A DNA stretch of 63,182 nt, counting the filler, from Folioceros fuciformis (lineage: Eukaryota), in the NCBI GenBank assembly GCA_049999805.1. It is 12 parts of 12 records of this genome, joined end to end, with 100 filler letters (N's around TTAATTAATTAA, not from the genome) between each part and the next. Parts side by side here need not be neighbours in the genome. Positions count along the whole stretch, not along the records: positions 48,144 to 50,811 come from JBNGIO010000260.1; positions 50,912 to 52,893 come from JBNGIO010000261.1; positions 52,994 to 54,815 come from JBNGIO010000262.1; positions 54,916 to 56,355 come from JBNGIO010000263.1; positions 56,456 to 61,975 come from JBNGIO010000264.1; 7 more parts are not named here. The stretch is one strand, 5' to 3'. Positions 48,965 to 61,792 of the stretch are shown piece by piece. The position numbers and the translations under genes are program-made. Position 1 is the stretch's first letter; the number at the start of each line of letters is the position of its first letter. The notes under the pieces are model-generated. The model was given only the letters and a program-made list of their open reading frames with translations. It was not told where the DNA came from and searched no databases.

Positions 48965-49605
48965 CTACATGTTTTGAGAATATATGTAGAAGTTTATCAG
49001 TCCTAAGCCCTCCACATGTTGATAGTGTTTAGTTTTTGATAGGCCTTTAGTTAAGATGTCAGTAGTGTTTTCATCAGTAGGAACATATCCTACTATTGCT
49101 ATTCCCCTTTCAACCACATCTCTGATGTAGTGATGCTGAATTTCTATATGTTTGGTTCTAGCATGAAATTTGGGGTGTGCCACCAAATCGAGGGTAGACA
49201 TATTGTCACATAATAATGAAGTGGGTTCATCTTGTATTTGTCCCAAGTCTGCAAGGAAGGTTCGCTCCCATTCCAATTCCTTTGAAGCTTCAGTTAAGCT
49301 CTTGTATTCTACTTCAGTCGATGATAAGGCAACTGAAGCTTGTTTCTTACTGCTCCGGTTGATTACAGCTGATGAAAGCATGATGCAATAAGCAGAGACA
49401 CTTCGTCTGGAGTCACTATCTGATGCCCAATCAGCATCAATAAAACATGTAAAGGTAAGTTTACTTGTCCTTGTTGACTTGTATGCTAGACCATAAAATT
49501 ATGTCCCTTTCAGGTACCTAAACACTCTCTTGGTCGCTACCCAAGATGTACAACCTGGATTTTCCAGAAATTGGGATAATGTACTGATCGCATATTGTAT
49601 AACAG
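48965..49605 (-). mobile_element. Ty1/copia RT-RNase H remnant
   Basis: KRVFRYLKGT, FIDADWASD, SKKQASVALSSTEVEY, FHARTKHIEIQHHYIR and DILTK. Confidence 0.9.
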
Positions 49606-49610
49606 GGCGT

Positions 49611-50811
49611 TGTTAGGGTTAATTAGTGATTAGTCAGTTTAACCTGCTTAGGTTAGAAATAACCAAGGGTCACTCCCTTTCAGGTTACCCAAACTAACAA
49701 AGTACTTTACACATTTTGTTTTGAACACTTTTATCACAACAACATATTTTGCCTTTCTATCCAAGCCTTCCGCTGATAAACAAACATGGTATCAAAGCAC
49801 TTAGGCTCTTCGATCCATGCTGCTCTTGTATGATACCTCATGCTGCTCTTGTATGATACCTAGGCTATCTATAGGCTGATGGCCAGCTTTCATGCTGCAC
49901 ACTTTGGTGAAGAAGGGTTGTTCAATGTAACTATGGGTGCAACTTATCTGCACACTAGGCTATGTCAACTTCTCTATTTTTCATCACATGTTCAGCATTA
50001 GTAGTCTACCTATTGTCAGACTATTTGTCGATCTACACTGAGTTGTAGAGATGACTCGTAGATCTAGAAATAGGTCTCGTGTGTCGCTTATAGGAGATAC
50101 AATTCTTGAAGCACCACGAGATATCTCTAGACTAGATTGTCCCACTCATTCAAACAGTTTGGGTGTGCCCTTCAATCTGTGTCGCTGCGCAAACCACACC
50201 TATAACCGTCAGCTACAGCAAAATAAGGGAAGAGTGCATCAAAATTCAACTGATAAGGATTTCGTTCACGATCAATCCTTTTCAGGGCTTGAGGACAGGC
50301 TGAGGGACTTACAGGTCTTGATGTTGTGAGAGCACTCTACTCTCAGCCTCAGAGTTGCGTTGCTTATTGACAAACTCTCAGCCCTAACAGATATCGTGGG
50401 GCAACAAACAGAAATTGTTCAGAAGATTGCTCATTTTCTTCGGATCCCTGAACCTGATAATTCTGCTGAATCTTCACGTTTTGCACTTTACCTGCCCACG
50501 CTGACACCGATCACCATGTCTCCAGCAAAGGAGCATGATGGTCTACATCAACAATGATTTCTGTAGTAGTAAGATACTCACAGTTTTAGACTCTCAGCGT
50601 TGCTATTCTGTGCATTTTTCTGGCAGCAGATTTCAAGAGACATCTTGGTTGTGCGAGACATCGATTCGCTAAGGACGGAAATCGCAACAGCGATTTCTCC
50701 GTGTCTGAGCACCAAGGAGTCTTGATTGTCTTCTCAGGAGGGCACCAAGGAGTCTTGATTGAAAGGAGAAAGAACTTCTGTGGTGCGCCATTGTCTCCTC
50801 CTGCTCGTCTG
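49611..50811 (+). mobile_element. Short-LTR element (LTR 49611-49786, PBS 49787-49798) with no recognisable gag/pol
   Basis: TGTTAGG...CAAACA is followed directly by TGGTATCAAAGC and interrupts the copia RT remnant. Short direct duplications at ~49817-49861 and ~50708-50760. Confidence 0.65.
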
Positions 50812-50911
50812 NNNNNNNNNNNNNNNNNNNNNNNNNNNNNNNNNNNNNNNNNNNNTTAATTAATTAANNNNNNNNNNNNNNNNNNNNNNNNNNNNNNNNN
50901 NNNNNNNNNNN

Positions 50912-52893
50912 GTGTTCCTTGGCGCTAGTTCACTCCCTTGGGAGCGAACCATAGGACTGCAACGACAATAAGGGGATGTGTGGCCCTTGGGTGGTTCTTG
51001 GGTGCAAGAAATCACTCCACACTGCTGCTGAGGATCGAGCTGCCTTGGTGAGACACCCGGGTGAGGCGTTGGACAGTCGGCAGCCAGATCGGATTATGAC
51101 GAGAGTGTTGTCTGCCATCGGTGACGGTAATTCTCAGGCTGAACGTGTTCAGGATGGAGAGGAGAGTCCGGTTTCTAGGGCATCTGCTGCTTGTCAAAAG
51201 ACTATTCCCGACCTAGGCCCTGGGGAGGTGATTTCGGATCAAACTAGTGGAGTGGAGAAGCTGGCGGACTTGTTAAAGGTGGATCCGGAGGAGACGGGTA
51301 GGCAAGAAGAAGACGATGTGTGGATTGATCCAGCTGCAAAGGGTCGGGAGGTGCAAACACGAGGCAGTAGGGTGTCATTGGGATTGGGGAACAGGTTGGG
51401 AAGTCTATCTTAGGAAAATTCCCTCGACTAGACCCTGGCTGTCGAGGGGAGCCTGGTGCCGACGCAAGCAGACCCGTCTATGCTTTCCATCATGGCTCAA
51501 AAGAATGACGCCGACTTGGGCACGAGTGCAGGATGGGAATGGGTGGAGGACGTCCTGAAGGCTTGTAGCAACCTCGGCCACTCGGGGACCCGCTTCTTGC
51601 CAGAAGGTCCCTGTGGGGATAGTCTCCAAGAGGCGACTATGGATTGTCAAATGGCAATCCTAATAGATCTGTTAAGGGGGGGTTCAGAGGAGACGGACAA
51701 GCAGGATATAGGTGATCGGGGTGATCCAGTTGCAAAGGGAAGATTGGCTCAAGCAAGTGGTTATAGGGTGACACAGGATGTGGGGAACAGGGCGAAGCTC
51801 TCGTCTCAGGAGGAATCCTTGGCACAGACCCTGGCCACGAATCCTCACCACCCTGGTCTCCTGGAAACAGGCTTTGTTCTCCCAATCCTGCAGCCTGGTG
51901 GGGAGGTTGATGAAGAGCCGGTGGTGCTATATGTCAGGGATCCTGGCACTGAGGTTGGGAAGCACAGATTGGCAAGTGTTTCACGTGTGTGGCAAGAACC
52001 CTTTTCCCTCGGGTCATCGGACAGATCCAACATACGACTTCACAACTGTAGGACTTCCCCGGTGACGGATACTTCGAGGTGTGGAGAGGTGTTGCGTAAA
52101 TCGTTCACTACGATGTAGGGGAAGGTGGAGAGGCCTATGGAGAGCGAAGTCGTTGCAGTGGGGATCCATTGGGCAAATGGACCTCAAGGCCAGGAGGCGG
52201 ATGTGAATTCTTTACACACGAACAAGCAAGACAATTTTCCCACTCCCCTTGACGTAGAGGTGGAGTGCGGAGTGCTCGTTGCCCGGCAACTCTCATCACG
52301 CGAACGCTCTGGCACGTTTTGAATCCATCGCCGCCGCTAGGGAGGACGGCAAGAGGGGGGTGGAGTGCGACTCAAATTGTGGCTGGGTTGGGCAGGAGGG
52401 GCTAGGAGTGCAAGCGGCCCCTAATGTTGGAGTCCTCCAGGCAAGGCGAACACAGGATGGAAGCCGAATATGGTTGCTTCCACGCTTGCAGCTGCTAAGA
52501 AGGAGCATTCTCCTTCCGGACGTGGGGTAGCTAAAATGGATCGTCTGAAGGAAGACTCTGTTAATAAGCCATTATCAATTCCTCAGGTGGTTGGCGATAG
52601 GACGGCTCCAGCGAGCCTGATCAAGGGGATTGGCCCTGTTTTTTCCGCTCAAGTTGTTGGGGAGGAAATGGGAAAGGATTTTCTCCAGGAGCCTCATGGG
52701 CCTCCATTGCCCGCTTCTACGAGGGGGAACCTGGCATTCCACAACGTGCCAGTTCCGGGTACTCAGTCTCTCGGGCTCGGGGGTGACCCCAGCCCGGTTG
52801 GAATAACAGGGTCAGGCACCGAAACAGCTTCCAGGCCTGTTGCCTGGAAAATGGTTTCAACATCTGTGTTTGCTACAGGAGCACGGAGGAGCA
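50912..52893 (+). mobile_element. Degenerate ORF region with an internal ~400-bp diverged duplication, probably TE-derived
   Basis: DLLKVDPEETGRQE...DPAAKGR (~51265) recurs as DLLRGGSEETDKQD...DPVAKGR (~51665). The frame is broken by TAG stops. Confidence 0.4.
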
Positions 52894-53112
52894 NNNNNNN
52901 NNNNNNNNNNNNNNNNNNNNNNNNNNNNNNNNNNNNNTTAATTAATTAANNNNNNNNNNNNNNNNNNNNNNNNNNNNNNNNNNNNNNNNNNNNGTGTAAA
53001 CAGATGACCTTAACAATATACACTAATAAGAATATTGTTTATCTATTTTTAAAAAACAAAGATGAAAAATTCATCTACCCCTGAAGAGGTGAAACAAATT
53101 ATACAAAGGTCC

Positions 53113-53338
53113 CTAGGACAATGGGCACTAAGTCTATGAAGCCACAAAACCTAAAAACTAGGACAATGGGCACTAAGTCTATGAAGCCACAAAACCTAAA
53201 AACTAGGATAATGGCACTAAGTCTATGAAGCCACAAAACCTAAAAACTAGGACAATGGGCACTAAGTCTATGAAGCCACAAAACATAAAAACTAAAACAA
53301 TGGGCACTAAGTTTATGAAGCTACAAAACCTAAAAACT
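53113..53338. repeat. 45-bp minisatellite, 5 copies
   Basis: Unit CTAGGACAATGGGCACTAAGTCTATGAAGCCACAAAACCTAAAAA starts at 53113, 53158, 53203, 53247 and 53292. Confidence 0.95.
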
Positions 53339-53814
53339 GTGGATAGTACCTAAGATATTATATGTCGTTTGGAAGGAAGAAGGGTTTACCTCACTAATAT
53401 CACCTCTCCTATCTAAGATATCATGTATAGTTCAAAAGAGGAAGGATCTACTTACCACAGATGCCACCTCTCTACCATTATTGTTGTCATGTAAATGGCA
53501 TTAGCTAATGCATGTAGTGTACTGGAAACCCTATGTTGAAATAACACGACAATATATGAAAGAGGAAGACCAAGACCATTTTTCCTATTATGAACCATCT
53601 TCGCACAAATCTTCAAAAGCTTGGAAAATGCATCACATACGGCCCTATGGCTCTCAATGGTAAGGGATAAAGGTATGTCTAAGTTACATGAGGATGTACT
53701 TGTGAAACTTGGTTGATGCACTCTCTTTGCCACCCAACCATAGGAGTTAAGGACAACATGCTTGCAAAAATGTTTTTCTTCTTAGATAAGGAAAGGTCAA
53801 TATGAAGAGAAACA

Positions 53815-54815
53815 CTATAGCCTAGTCCATACTATGTCTTTAGCAACTGAGGTTAGTACTCTATACTCTAACTCAGTGCTGGACAAAGCTATGGTTGGTT
53901 GTTTCTTACTTGACCAGGATATTGGTGCTCCCCCTAATAGCAGTACATAACCTGATACGAATCTGCGTGTGTTGGGGTCACCAGCATAGTCGACGTCAGC
54001 GTAAGCTATTAATGTCAACGTCTTTATGCTTGGTGTATACTTGAATGTCAATCCTGTATGCATGGTACCCTTGAGGTATCGGAATATGCGCTTAGTTGAC
54101 ATCCGGTGTTCACGTCCAAGGTTCTCTAGGAATTGTGAACAGGAGCTGACTTCGAAAGATATATCTGGTCAAGTGAAGTTGGATAAATATATAAGTGTGC
54201 CAACAGCATGTCGATATGGGACTGCTGACATTTCCAACTTGTCTTGTGCTGTCTTTGGACTCATATCCATGGTAAGCCTGACCCCGCTAGTAAAGGGTGT
54301 AGGTGCAGGTTTCGCATCTTCAAGTCCAAATTTGGTTAAACTTTCCTTGATATACTTGGTTTGAACAATACTTAGAGTCTTGTTTGCTCAATCTCTAATA
54401 ATGTTGACACCAAGTGCATATGTCATTTCTCCTAAATCAGACATTTCATAAAAAGTCTTAAGCCAGATTTTGATCTCGGCTAGGAGAGTAAGGGAGTTTG
54501 TGGCCATGAATACATCGTCGACGTAGAGCAATAGGTAAAAGATATCATTGCCTGATATTAGGATATACATGCATGCATCGGCATCACTTTGCCGGAAGCC
54601 TCTTTTGATGAGTTTCACATGTATGTCCATATTCCAATTCATACCAGATTGCTTGAGACCATACAAGCCTTTAATTAGTGTGCCTACCCAATCTTCCTTG
54701 CCTTTAACCTCATAACCTTCGAGCTGTTTCATGTAGATGTCTTCTTGAAGACGGCCATAGAGATATGTTGTCTTCACATCCATCATATGAAGCTCAAGAT
54801 CATGATGGGCTGTTA
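53815..54815 (-). mobile_element. Ty1/copia RT-RNase H remnant
   Basis: MDVKTTYLYG, LYGLKQSG, LLYVDD, KRIFRYLKGT and SWSSKKQ. Confidence 0.92.
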
Positions 54816-56608
54816 NNNNNNNNNNNNNNNNNNNNNNNNNNNNNNNNNNNNNNNNNNNNTTAATTAATTAANNNNNNNNNNNNNNNNNNNNNNNNNNNNN
54901 NNNNNNNNNNNNNNNGAGTACATGCGTCTGTTGTTGGAATTCGACACTACAAGACAGCAGTTTCCCATGATTTTGAAGAAGCATTGGTTGGCTTGCTTGT
55001 GCGTTGGGTTTAGGGTGAAAGCTGTCTGCCGAAATTTCGGCTGTTGTTCAGGACTCCCGCCTCTCTTCTCCTGGGAGGTGCAGGAGGAGAGAGGCGTGGA
55101 ACTACGCAGCGCTTTCATCCCGTGCATGCTTTCATCCCGTTCATGCGTGTACCAGATTTCATTACGGAGATGGGAGAGCTGTCTCAAGCCCCCACAAGCT
55201 ATTCTGTGGTGAGCAGTAAGAAGAACGCAATTGTTGCTGGGGGACCTCTATTTCCCAAGCACGATACGGCCTGCAAACTCACGAGGTACGACTCACTCAA
55301 GCTTGGTGAGGCACTTCAGCTGATGCTTTGTGTCTCACAATGTGTGTTCTTATACAGGTTATGGTGTGCTTATGGACCTTCAGACTTACGACCATCGCGT
55401 TCAAGAGGTCTTTCTCCCCAATTCGCCAAACATCTTCCCACACGGACTCCAGAAATTACAGCAACCATACCTTGGCACGGCCATCGTTTTCCCCCGCCCT
55501 CGCCTCTTGGGAGAGTAGGAAACCTTGTCAACCTCGTCCTGATTCTCACCCTCCTGCTCATCGTCCGTCTCGAACATTTCCACTGAGGCAGGCTCAAAAC
55601 TCAAAACCGCTGAGGCTGGCTCAAAAGGTTTTGCGAGACGAAGTCGATACACGACTGGCCGTAAGTATTCGAGGGAGAACTCCGTAGGTATAGGAGAGAG
55701 GACAGATGGAGAGCGAGAGGGGCGTGGCTCACCTTGCCATGGAGGTGGCGGGCCCCACACCTGGCCAGGCTATCTTCAGCTTCAGCCATTCCACCAGGTG
55801 TCAGTTAAATTACAACCTTGCGATTCTCCAGCGAGCAACCTTTGTTTGCTTGCATATTGGATTGCAATACAACTTGATTCAATGTTCCTGGAGCGAGATG
55901 TTTCAGACTTCTGTATGTTTGCGGTTCGCGACAGATTTCACGGGGATTGGGAGCTGCGATGCTACGACAAATTTAAAGCATCCCGTGATGTCTTCCAAGG
56001 TGCGCGCTTCCACCAGCCCTGCCCTGTACAGAACAATGTAAGCACTAGAAGCCCAAACTTGGACCTGCTTCTTGAAACCAACACCTCCCAGCTGTGTACG
56101 AACACAGCACCATCTTCCCTCCCTACACATGGCCTCCACGACCCATCATCTGTTCATCCACACCAGGACCCTGTGAGAGGACGTTCTTGCGAAACAGGCA
56201 GAGAACGGGGGGAGACGTGACAAGGTCGGATCAGAAGCAGTTCGACACCAACAAACAGGCAGTACAGTATGTAGCTGTAGAGACACTTGATACCTGGCAC
56301 TTGTTAGAAGGCATAACTGGCCCTGACCACACGCTCCTCACGCTAGCCAGCCAGGNNNNNNNNNNNNNNNNNNNNNNNNNNNNNNNNNNNNNNNNNNNNT
56401 TAATTAATTAANNNNNNNNNNNNNNNNNNNNNNNNNNNNNNNNNNNNNNNNNNNNTAATGGCGCACAATGTCATCCAAGGCTACGAGGCGCTGGACGGGT
56501 ACAACTTCAGTAACTTCATGGTTGTGATCACCAATACCACCCTCTGTTCTCTCCTCTCCTCTCCTACACTTGCACGTAGACTAGAGTCGATCCTATTGAC
56601 AGGCCGGC

Positions 56609-56688
56609 CATGTTTCATGGCATCTGGTAAGGTTGTGGGGAGGAGATATCCGAGAGGCGAGTGTGTTCCGTTCTTTCTTTTCTTTGGG
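56609..56688 (+). repeat. 80-bp interspersed repeat, reverse-complement copy at 62133-62212
   Basis: catgtttcatggc(a/g)tctggtaaggttgtggggaggagatatccgagagg...ttctttcttttctttggg occurs in two segments with only a few substitutions. Confidence 0.85.
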
Positions 56689-56699
56689 CTCCCGTAGAG

Positions 56700-58640
56700 G
56701 AAACTAACCAACCTGCCTATTCTACCCGGACTCTACGGCCGCGACACAACCTCAGGGCTCCAAGCCACTACCAATCTGAAGACTTTGTGACAAGTCTACC
56801 TACTACTCAACGTAGTGGGAGGCAAGGAAGGGAAGACAATGGAGCACAACAACACCTCAACGCTTCAACTACCTCAACTGCCTCTCCCCCCGATAGTGAA
56901 AACCCACTTGAAGATTACACAAGTAATTATAACTTAATTACTTATAATTCAATCAATGCTGCAGATTCAGAAGAGATAAGCCACTCGTTACCTTCCAGCA
57001 ATGTATTATTCGAGATTACTCTTGATCATGTTAATGAGGTAAACTAGGCATTGCTCTCCCACATACAGGCTTCTGAACACATAGTTCCTCTTGATGAGGC
57101 CCTCTAAGGCCCTGAACGCGAGGAATGGCTTAAAGCCATCGACTCAAAATTGAAGTCACTTATGCAAAATGAGACCTGAAAATTAGAAGATTTACCTCCT
57201 GGTAGAACTCCTATTTCGTGTAAATGGGTACTACGTAGGAAATATAATGCCGACGGTACCATCTCACGATACAAGGCCCGACTCGTTGCTAGAGGCTTGA
57301 GCCAAAAGCTTGGAGTTGATTATGACCCATACTTGTATTCACCTGTAGTAAGACCAGAATCAATACGATTTATTTTAGCCATTGCAACTACTGAAGATTT
57401 AATACTCTATCAAATGGATGTAAATACAGCTTTTCTCTACGGCAAGGTAGAAGAAACTATTTACATGAGCCAACCCGACATGTATGTTGATCCCAAACAT
57501 CCTCACCAAGTATGCAGATTGCTCGTAGGCCTCTATGGGTCAAACCAGAGCGCAAAAATCTGGTATTTACGAGCTGATACACATCTTAAGGCTTCGGGGT
57601 TTGTACAAAGTCACGCAGACTCCAATGTCTACATACTGACCACAGAGAATGGATATGTGCTCTTGTGCCTATATGTTGATGATTGTATCATAGCAGCGAG
57701 CACACAATCAGCTTTATCAAAAGTCAAAGAAATACTTAGCAAGGAATTTGACATGAAAGATGTCGGAGAACTTAAATATGTTTTAGGTGTTCAAGTTGAA
57801 CGGAATCTACCTCACCATGAGATATGGATCCACCAACAAAAATATATAAATGATATACTAAAATGAATGAAGTTGGATGATGCAAGGCCTGTGAACACAC
57901 CTATGGTCACCAACATATCCCTGTCAGTGCTCGATTGTCCACAATCAGACCAAGAGAAAAAGGAGATGACCAAAATACCTTACAGACGAGCCCTGGGATC
58001 CCTCATATATGTTGCTAATTGGACACGACCAAAAATACAATATGCAGTAAGCCAGGTAAGTCAATTCCTGCATAACCTTGGAAGGACACATTGGGTCGTA
58101 GTAAAGAGGGTCTATAGGTATTTACGAGGCACACCTACACATGGGATTAGATATTTAAGGAAGTACAAACTACCCTCGGTACTCTATGGTTATTCGGATG
58201 CCGATTGGGGTAGGAACCCGGACGACCGAAGAAGCATAGGAGCCTATGTTTTCTTGCTCGACGGAGGTGCTGTCTCTTGGTCCTGTAAGAAGATCTCCTC
58301 CATCTGCACATCCACTGCTGGGAGCGAATACAGCTCACTGTCTATGGCAGCCAAAGAGCTTCTATGGGGACGAAGTCTTTTGGAGACCATCAACCATGAT
58401 CAAAAGAACCCTATAAAGCTGTATACAAACAGTTAGGCCGCAATGGCAATGGTGGCAAATCCGCGATTTCATGGGCAAACCAAGCACATAGAATTAAAAC
58501 ACCACTTCATAAGGGAAGTGATCCAGAACGCCAAGGCGCACCTCAGCTTTGTGCCAACAGAAGAGAATATTGCAGATGTACTTACAAAGTCTCGGCTAAA
58601 GCATAACATCACAGACATACTGAAGGAATGGGCGTAAATA
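56700..58640 (+). mobile_element. Ty1/copia pol remnant (linker, RT, RNase H) with several stops
   Basis: CKWVLRRK...RYKARLVARG, QMDVNTAFLYG, LYVDD, YSDADW, TKHIELKHHFIR and ADVLTK. Confidence 0.93.
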
Positions 58641-58682
58641 TGTGTCCACTTGAAGGAATGGGCGTAAATATGTGTCCACTTG
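58621..58682. repeat. Perfect 30-bp tandem duplication at the broken end of the copia remnant
   Basis: tgaaggaatgggcgtaaatatgtgtccact x2. Confidence 0.9.
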
Positions 58683-59121
58683 TAGGATCTGGCAAAACAG
58701 TCACCTTCAAGGACACACCACATTCAGATTGACGAAGAAAGTTGCTATGTACAGCTCCATGACTTCGTGATTGAGTGGGAGCCATACTCGTCACATGATA
58801 ATGGCTGCCATACATAACCGATCCTCTCAAGACGCTTGCGTAGAACAACACCTTGGTGAATTCCCTCGTGATCGAAATTCGAGTGGGAGTGTCGGAAGAA
58901 AAAACCCACTTGAGCAAGTTAGGGCACGTTTCATAATTTAGCTTATGAATGACATTGGAGTCACTGGCGACTGCAGGCCACAAAGAGAAATCACGTTTGT
59001 GTGTCCTGGACATGAAGTAAAATGTTATCCAGTTACCCTTCGTAACAATTGACCAACCACTGTATATGGGTTATGTACGATAAGGCTTGAATCGGTTGAT
59101 TCGTAAGAGGTGACTCATTCT

Positions 59122-60611
59122 TCATTCTTGGGAATGCGCTGGAGATGGGTCGGCGAGGAAAAGGGCTGCATCGGGTGACGCGTCATAGGTGACCCACTCG
59201 TTCTCCACGTCTTGATAGGTGTATTTGAGGAGGTCAGAATTGAGACATTCAGCAACAGTAACCCTCACAAGCTCCGCATTCTCATCGTAAAAATAGAAGG
59301 CAGCGTCCAGGAAGTCGGCGTCGTCATAGTTGCTCCTGCCCTCGAGTCCCTGAACAGTAGTGAGGCAGCACAAACGAAGTCAGTCTCACGAGGAAGGGAG
59401 GTTCAAGAAGTGGAGTGATGACAGGCATCCATGGTTCCATTCCAGGGAACCCATACCATCCAGACGTTCCATATCCTGTCCACGTTGGCGTGATGTGGGA
59501 AAAACAGCGGGTCTCGAACAGCATGGTAAATCAATCCCATATCTGCATACAAGTAGGCCGGGTCTCCAATCCAGAAATGCACAGCCAGGTGCGCTTGCGC
59601 TTCGAATCCGAGTCTCCATACTTTGAAGTCAGGGATGAGTTCTCCTAACCTCATCGGGTATGAGAGGAAGTCTCCTCTGCTGCCGTTGGCGGTTCTATCC
59701 ACGATCACGCTTCGTAAGTGCGCCTTATTCAATGCACGAGTCAGAGCCACCTCCTGGGCTGTCTTGGGAGAAAACCCCGTTTTGACAGATTCGACGAGGA
59801 GGTTGATGATGGCAGGCTCCTCTCCAGGTCGGTGGCGGGGATCGCGATACTTGTGATACAGACCTGGGTATTTGTCAGGATTTCGGAAGTAGTGGGGAAC
59901 AGTGTCGGGTAGGTGTTTGGAGTTGGTGCTCTGGTTGTCCCAGTTCCAGAAGGGAAGAACAAAGGAGTCATCGCCAACCAACTTGGCCAGCATCCTCTCA
60001 TAGAAGAAGGTGAACCTGTTTTGCAGTCCAGCGCAGGGTGCCAGCGTGAGATGGAAAGCGCATCATGATTTGCCACAGCAATATTGAATTCCATCTCTTC
60101 AGCTTGTAATGCGTAGAGCTTACCAGCGGTGGAATGGGAAGAAGTACCAATTGTTGTGGACGAGGTAGTTCAAGTACTGATAGCCAGCCTGGTGCGCCAC
60201 GCCAGGAGAGCCATAAAGGCAGTGGAAGTTCATCTGCGAAATTTGGGATCTTGGATCGTCGTCCGGAAGCGCCTTGTGCAGCCTGAATGCTAGGTCGAGT
60301 TGCTGCAGGTAGGTTTCGTTGTCTGCGATGAGATGCGCTGCCGGACGGACTCGCATTGGCCTGTCCAGAAGACCGCTCTGCTCCAAGTACTGCTGCCATG
60401 TCTTGTACAGCGGCTCAGGATTGCGCATCATCGCCTCCAGCGTGCAGCAGTTGGGCTTGAGATCGCCGGTCGCGGATTGGTTCCACACGGGCTTGGGATT
60501 GCAGTTCCAGAAGTCAGCCTGCAGTGGGGCAGCTGCCGTGCTTGTCAGGATTCCCAGAGCTGCAAGCAGCACTGGAATCCAGGGCCACAACACGCTCGCA
60601 AGCAGCTCCAT
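59122..60611 (-). CDS. PPO: Polyphenol oxidase (type-3 copper protein), short form, ~424 aa (exons 60611-60124, 60015-59457, 59349-59122)
   Basis: CuA HCLY...VHNNWYFFPFHRW, LPFWNWD, CuB HLAVH...DMG...RDPLFFPHHANVDRIW and a DWL-like domain (DFLDAAFYFYDEN...LKYTYQ). Hydrophobic N-terminus. Confidence 0.93.
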
Positions 60612-61494
60612 CTCCCGATGAGACTGAGGGAGAGGGAGCCTTGGCCAATGAGAGCTCGATCGGGAGCCAATTACTCAACTAGATTTCTGGCACCGGTTCA
60701 GGTCCAGCGTCCGGTGCGCTCATCACACAATGTGCAAAAGTAGGAAGGAATACCTGCCAGAGCTCCTCGGCCAAAAGCTTCACATTTTGCGCATCAACTG
60801 GTGCTGTCACCGTTGCCGCCCTACTCCACTCCTTCACCATCGTTCATTGTGGAGCATGCCTCAATCATGGTACGGCTACTGGTTCACTGTGAAAACAGCC
60901 GTCCGTAACCACGTGCACGAATGCAAAAGGAATTCAAAAGCTGCTCTTTTCCTGGTATCTTCATTCTCAACCTGTGCTTTAGACAAAGTGCCATGGAGGG
61001 GCGGTGTCCGTGGGTCCATATACAAAGCGTCTGACAAAGCTGGCAAACGTCTTTCGGGCCTAGAGCAGTACGGACGTGGGATCGCGATTAGTGGGTACCC
61101 GTTTTAAACCCTGACCGCTTGATCTTTGCTTTTCGTCGCCCCCCTGGATTTTGTAGTGTATTGCGTTCGTGCCTCGATTCTGTGACTACCTCTGGATCTT
61201 GCGGATTAGCTGCTATGGCTCATTACCAAGCCCCTCATCGCATAGGCTCCTACTAAAGCATTGTAGAAATACGTGTCTGCTCTGACGCTTGCGGCTCTCA
61301 ACTCCGCCACCATATAGCGGAATCAATTGGCACCAAGGAATGATTCGTTACAAAGCAAATAAGAATAAAAGGGTCTGAAGTGTGGCGGTTGGTATCTCAT
61401 GTGTAACTGTCCGTGCTAAAGATGCTCAAAGGACTGAGTCTGAAACTGTTTGCAACTACTCTGAGCCATCAGGTCGTACTAGCTTAGATGATCT

Positions 61495-61792
61495 GGCTCC
61501 AACTCTCCCCCTCAGCTCGAAGTAGGGATATACTTGGAGATGAACCAATATGGTGACGAGGTGAGAGCTCCCCCTGAATTTCAATCGTGTACGAGAAGGG
61601 TGTGCTGCCCATGCAAAGCTTTTGGTAACCCTTTGATAAACAAATCAGCTATATTCTCAGAGGTGTGTACATACTCCAATTTGAGCTGCTTGCTTGCTAC
61701 TACCCCGCGAATAAAGTGATGTTGGATTTCTATATGCTTAGTAAGAACATGGAATACCGGATTGAGGGTCATAGCAATAGCAGATTGATTGG
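61495..61792 (-). mobile_element. Ty1/copia RNase H end with PPT-like tracts
   Basis: NQSAIAMTLNPVFHVLTKHIEIQHHFIR...NIADLFIKGL. GGGGGAG tracts at ~61505-61511 and ~61568-61574 on the minus strand. Confidence 0.85.
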
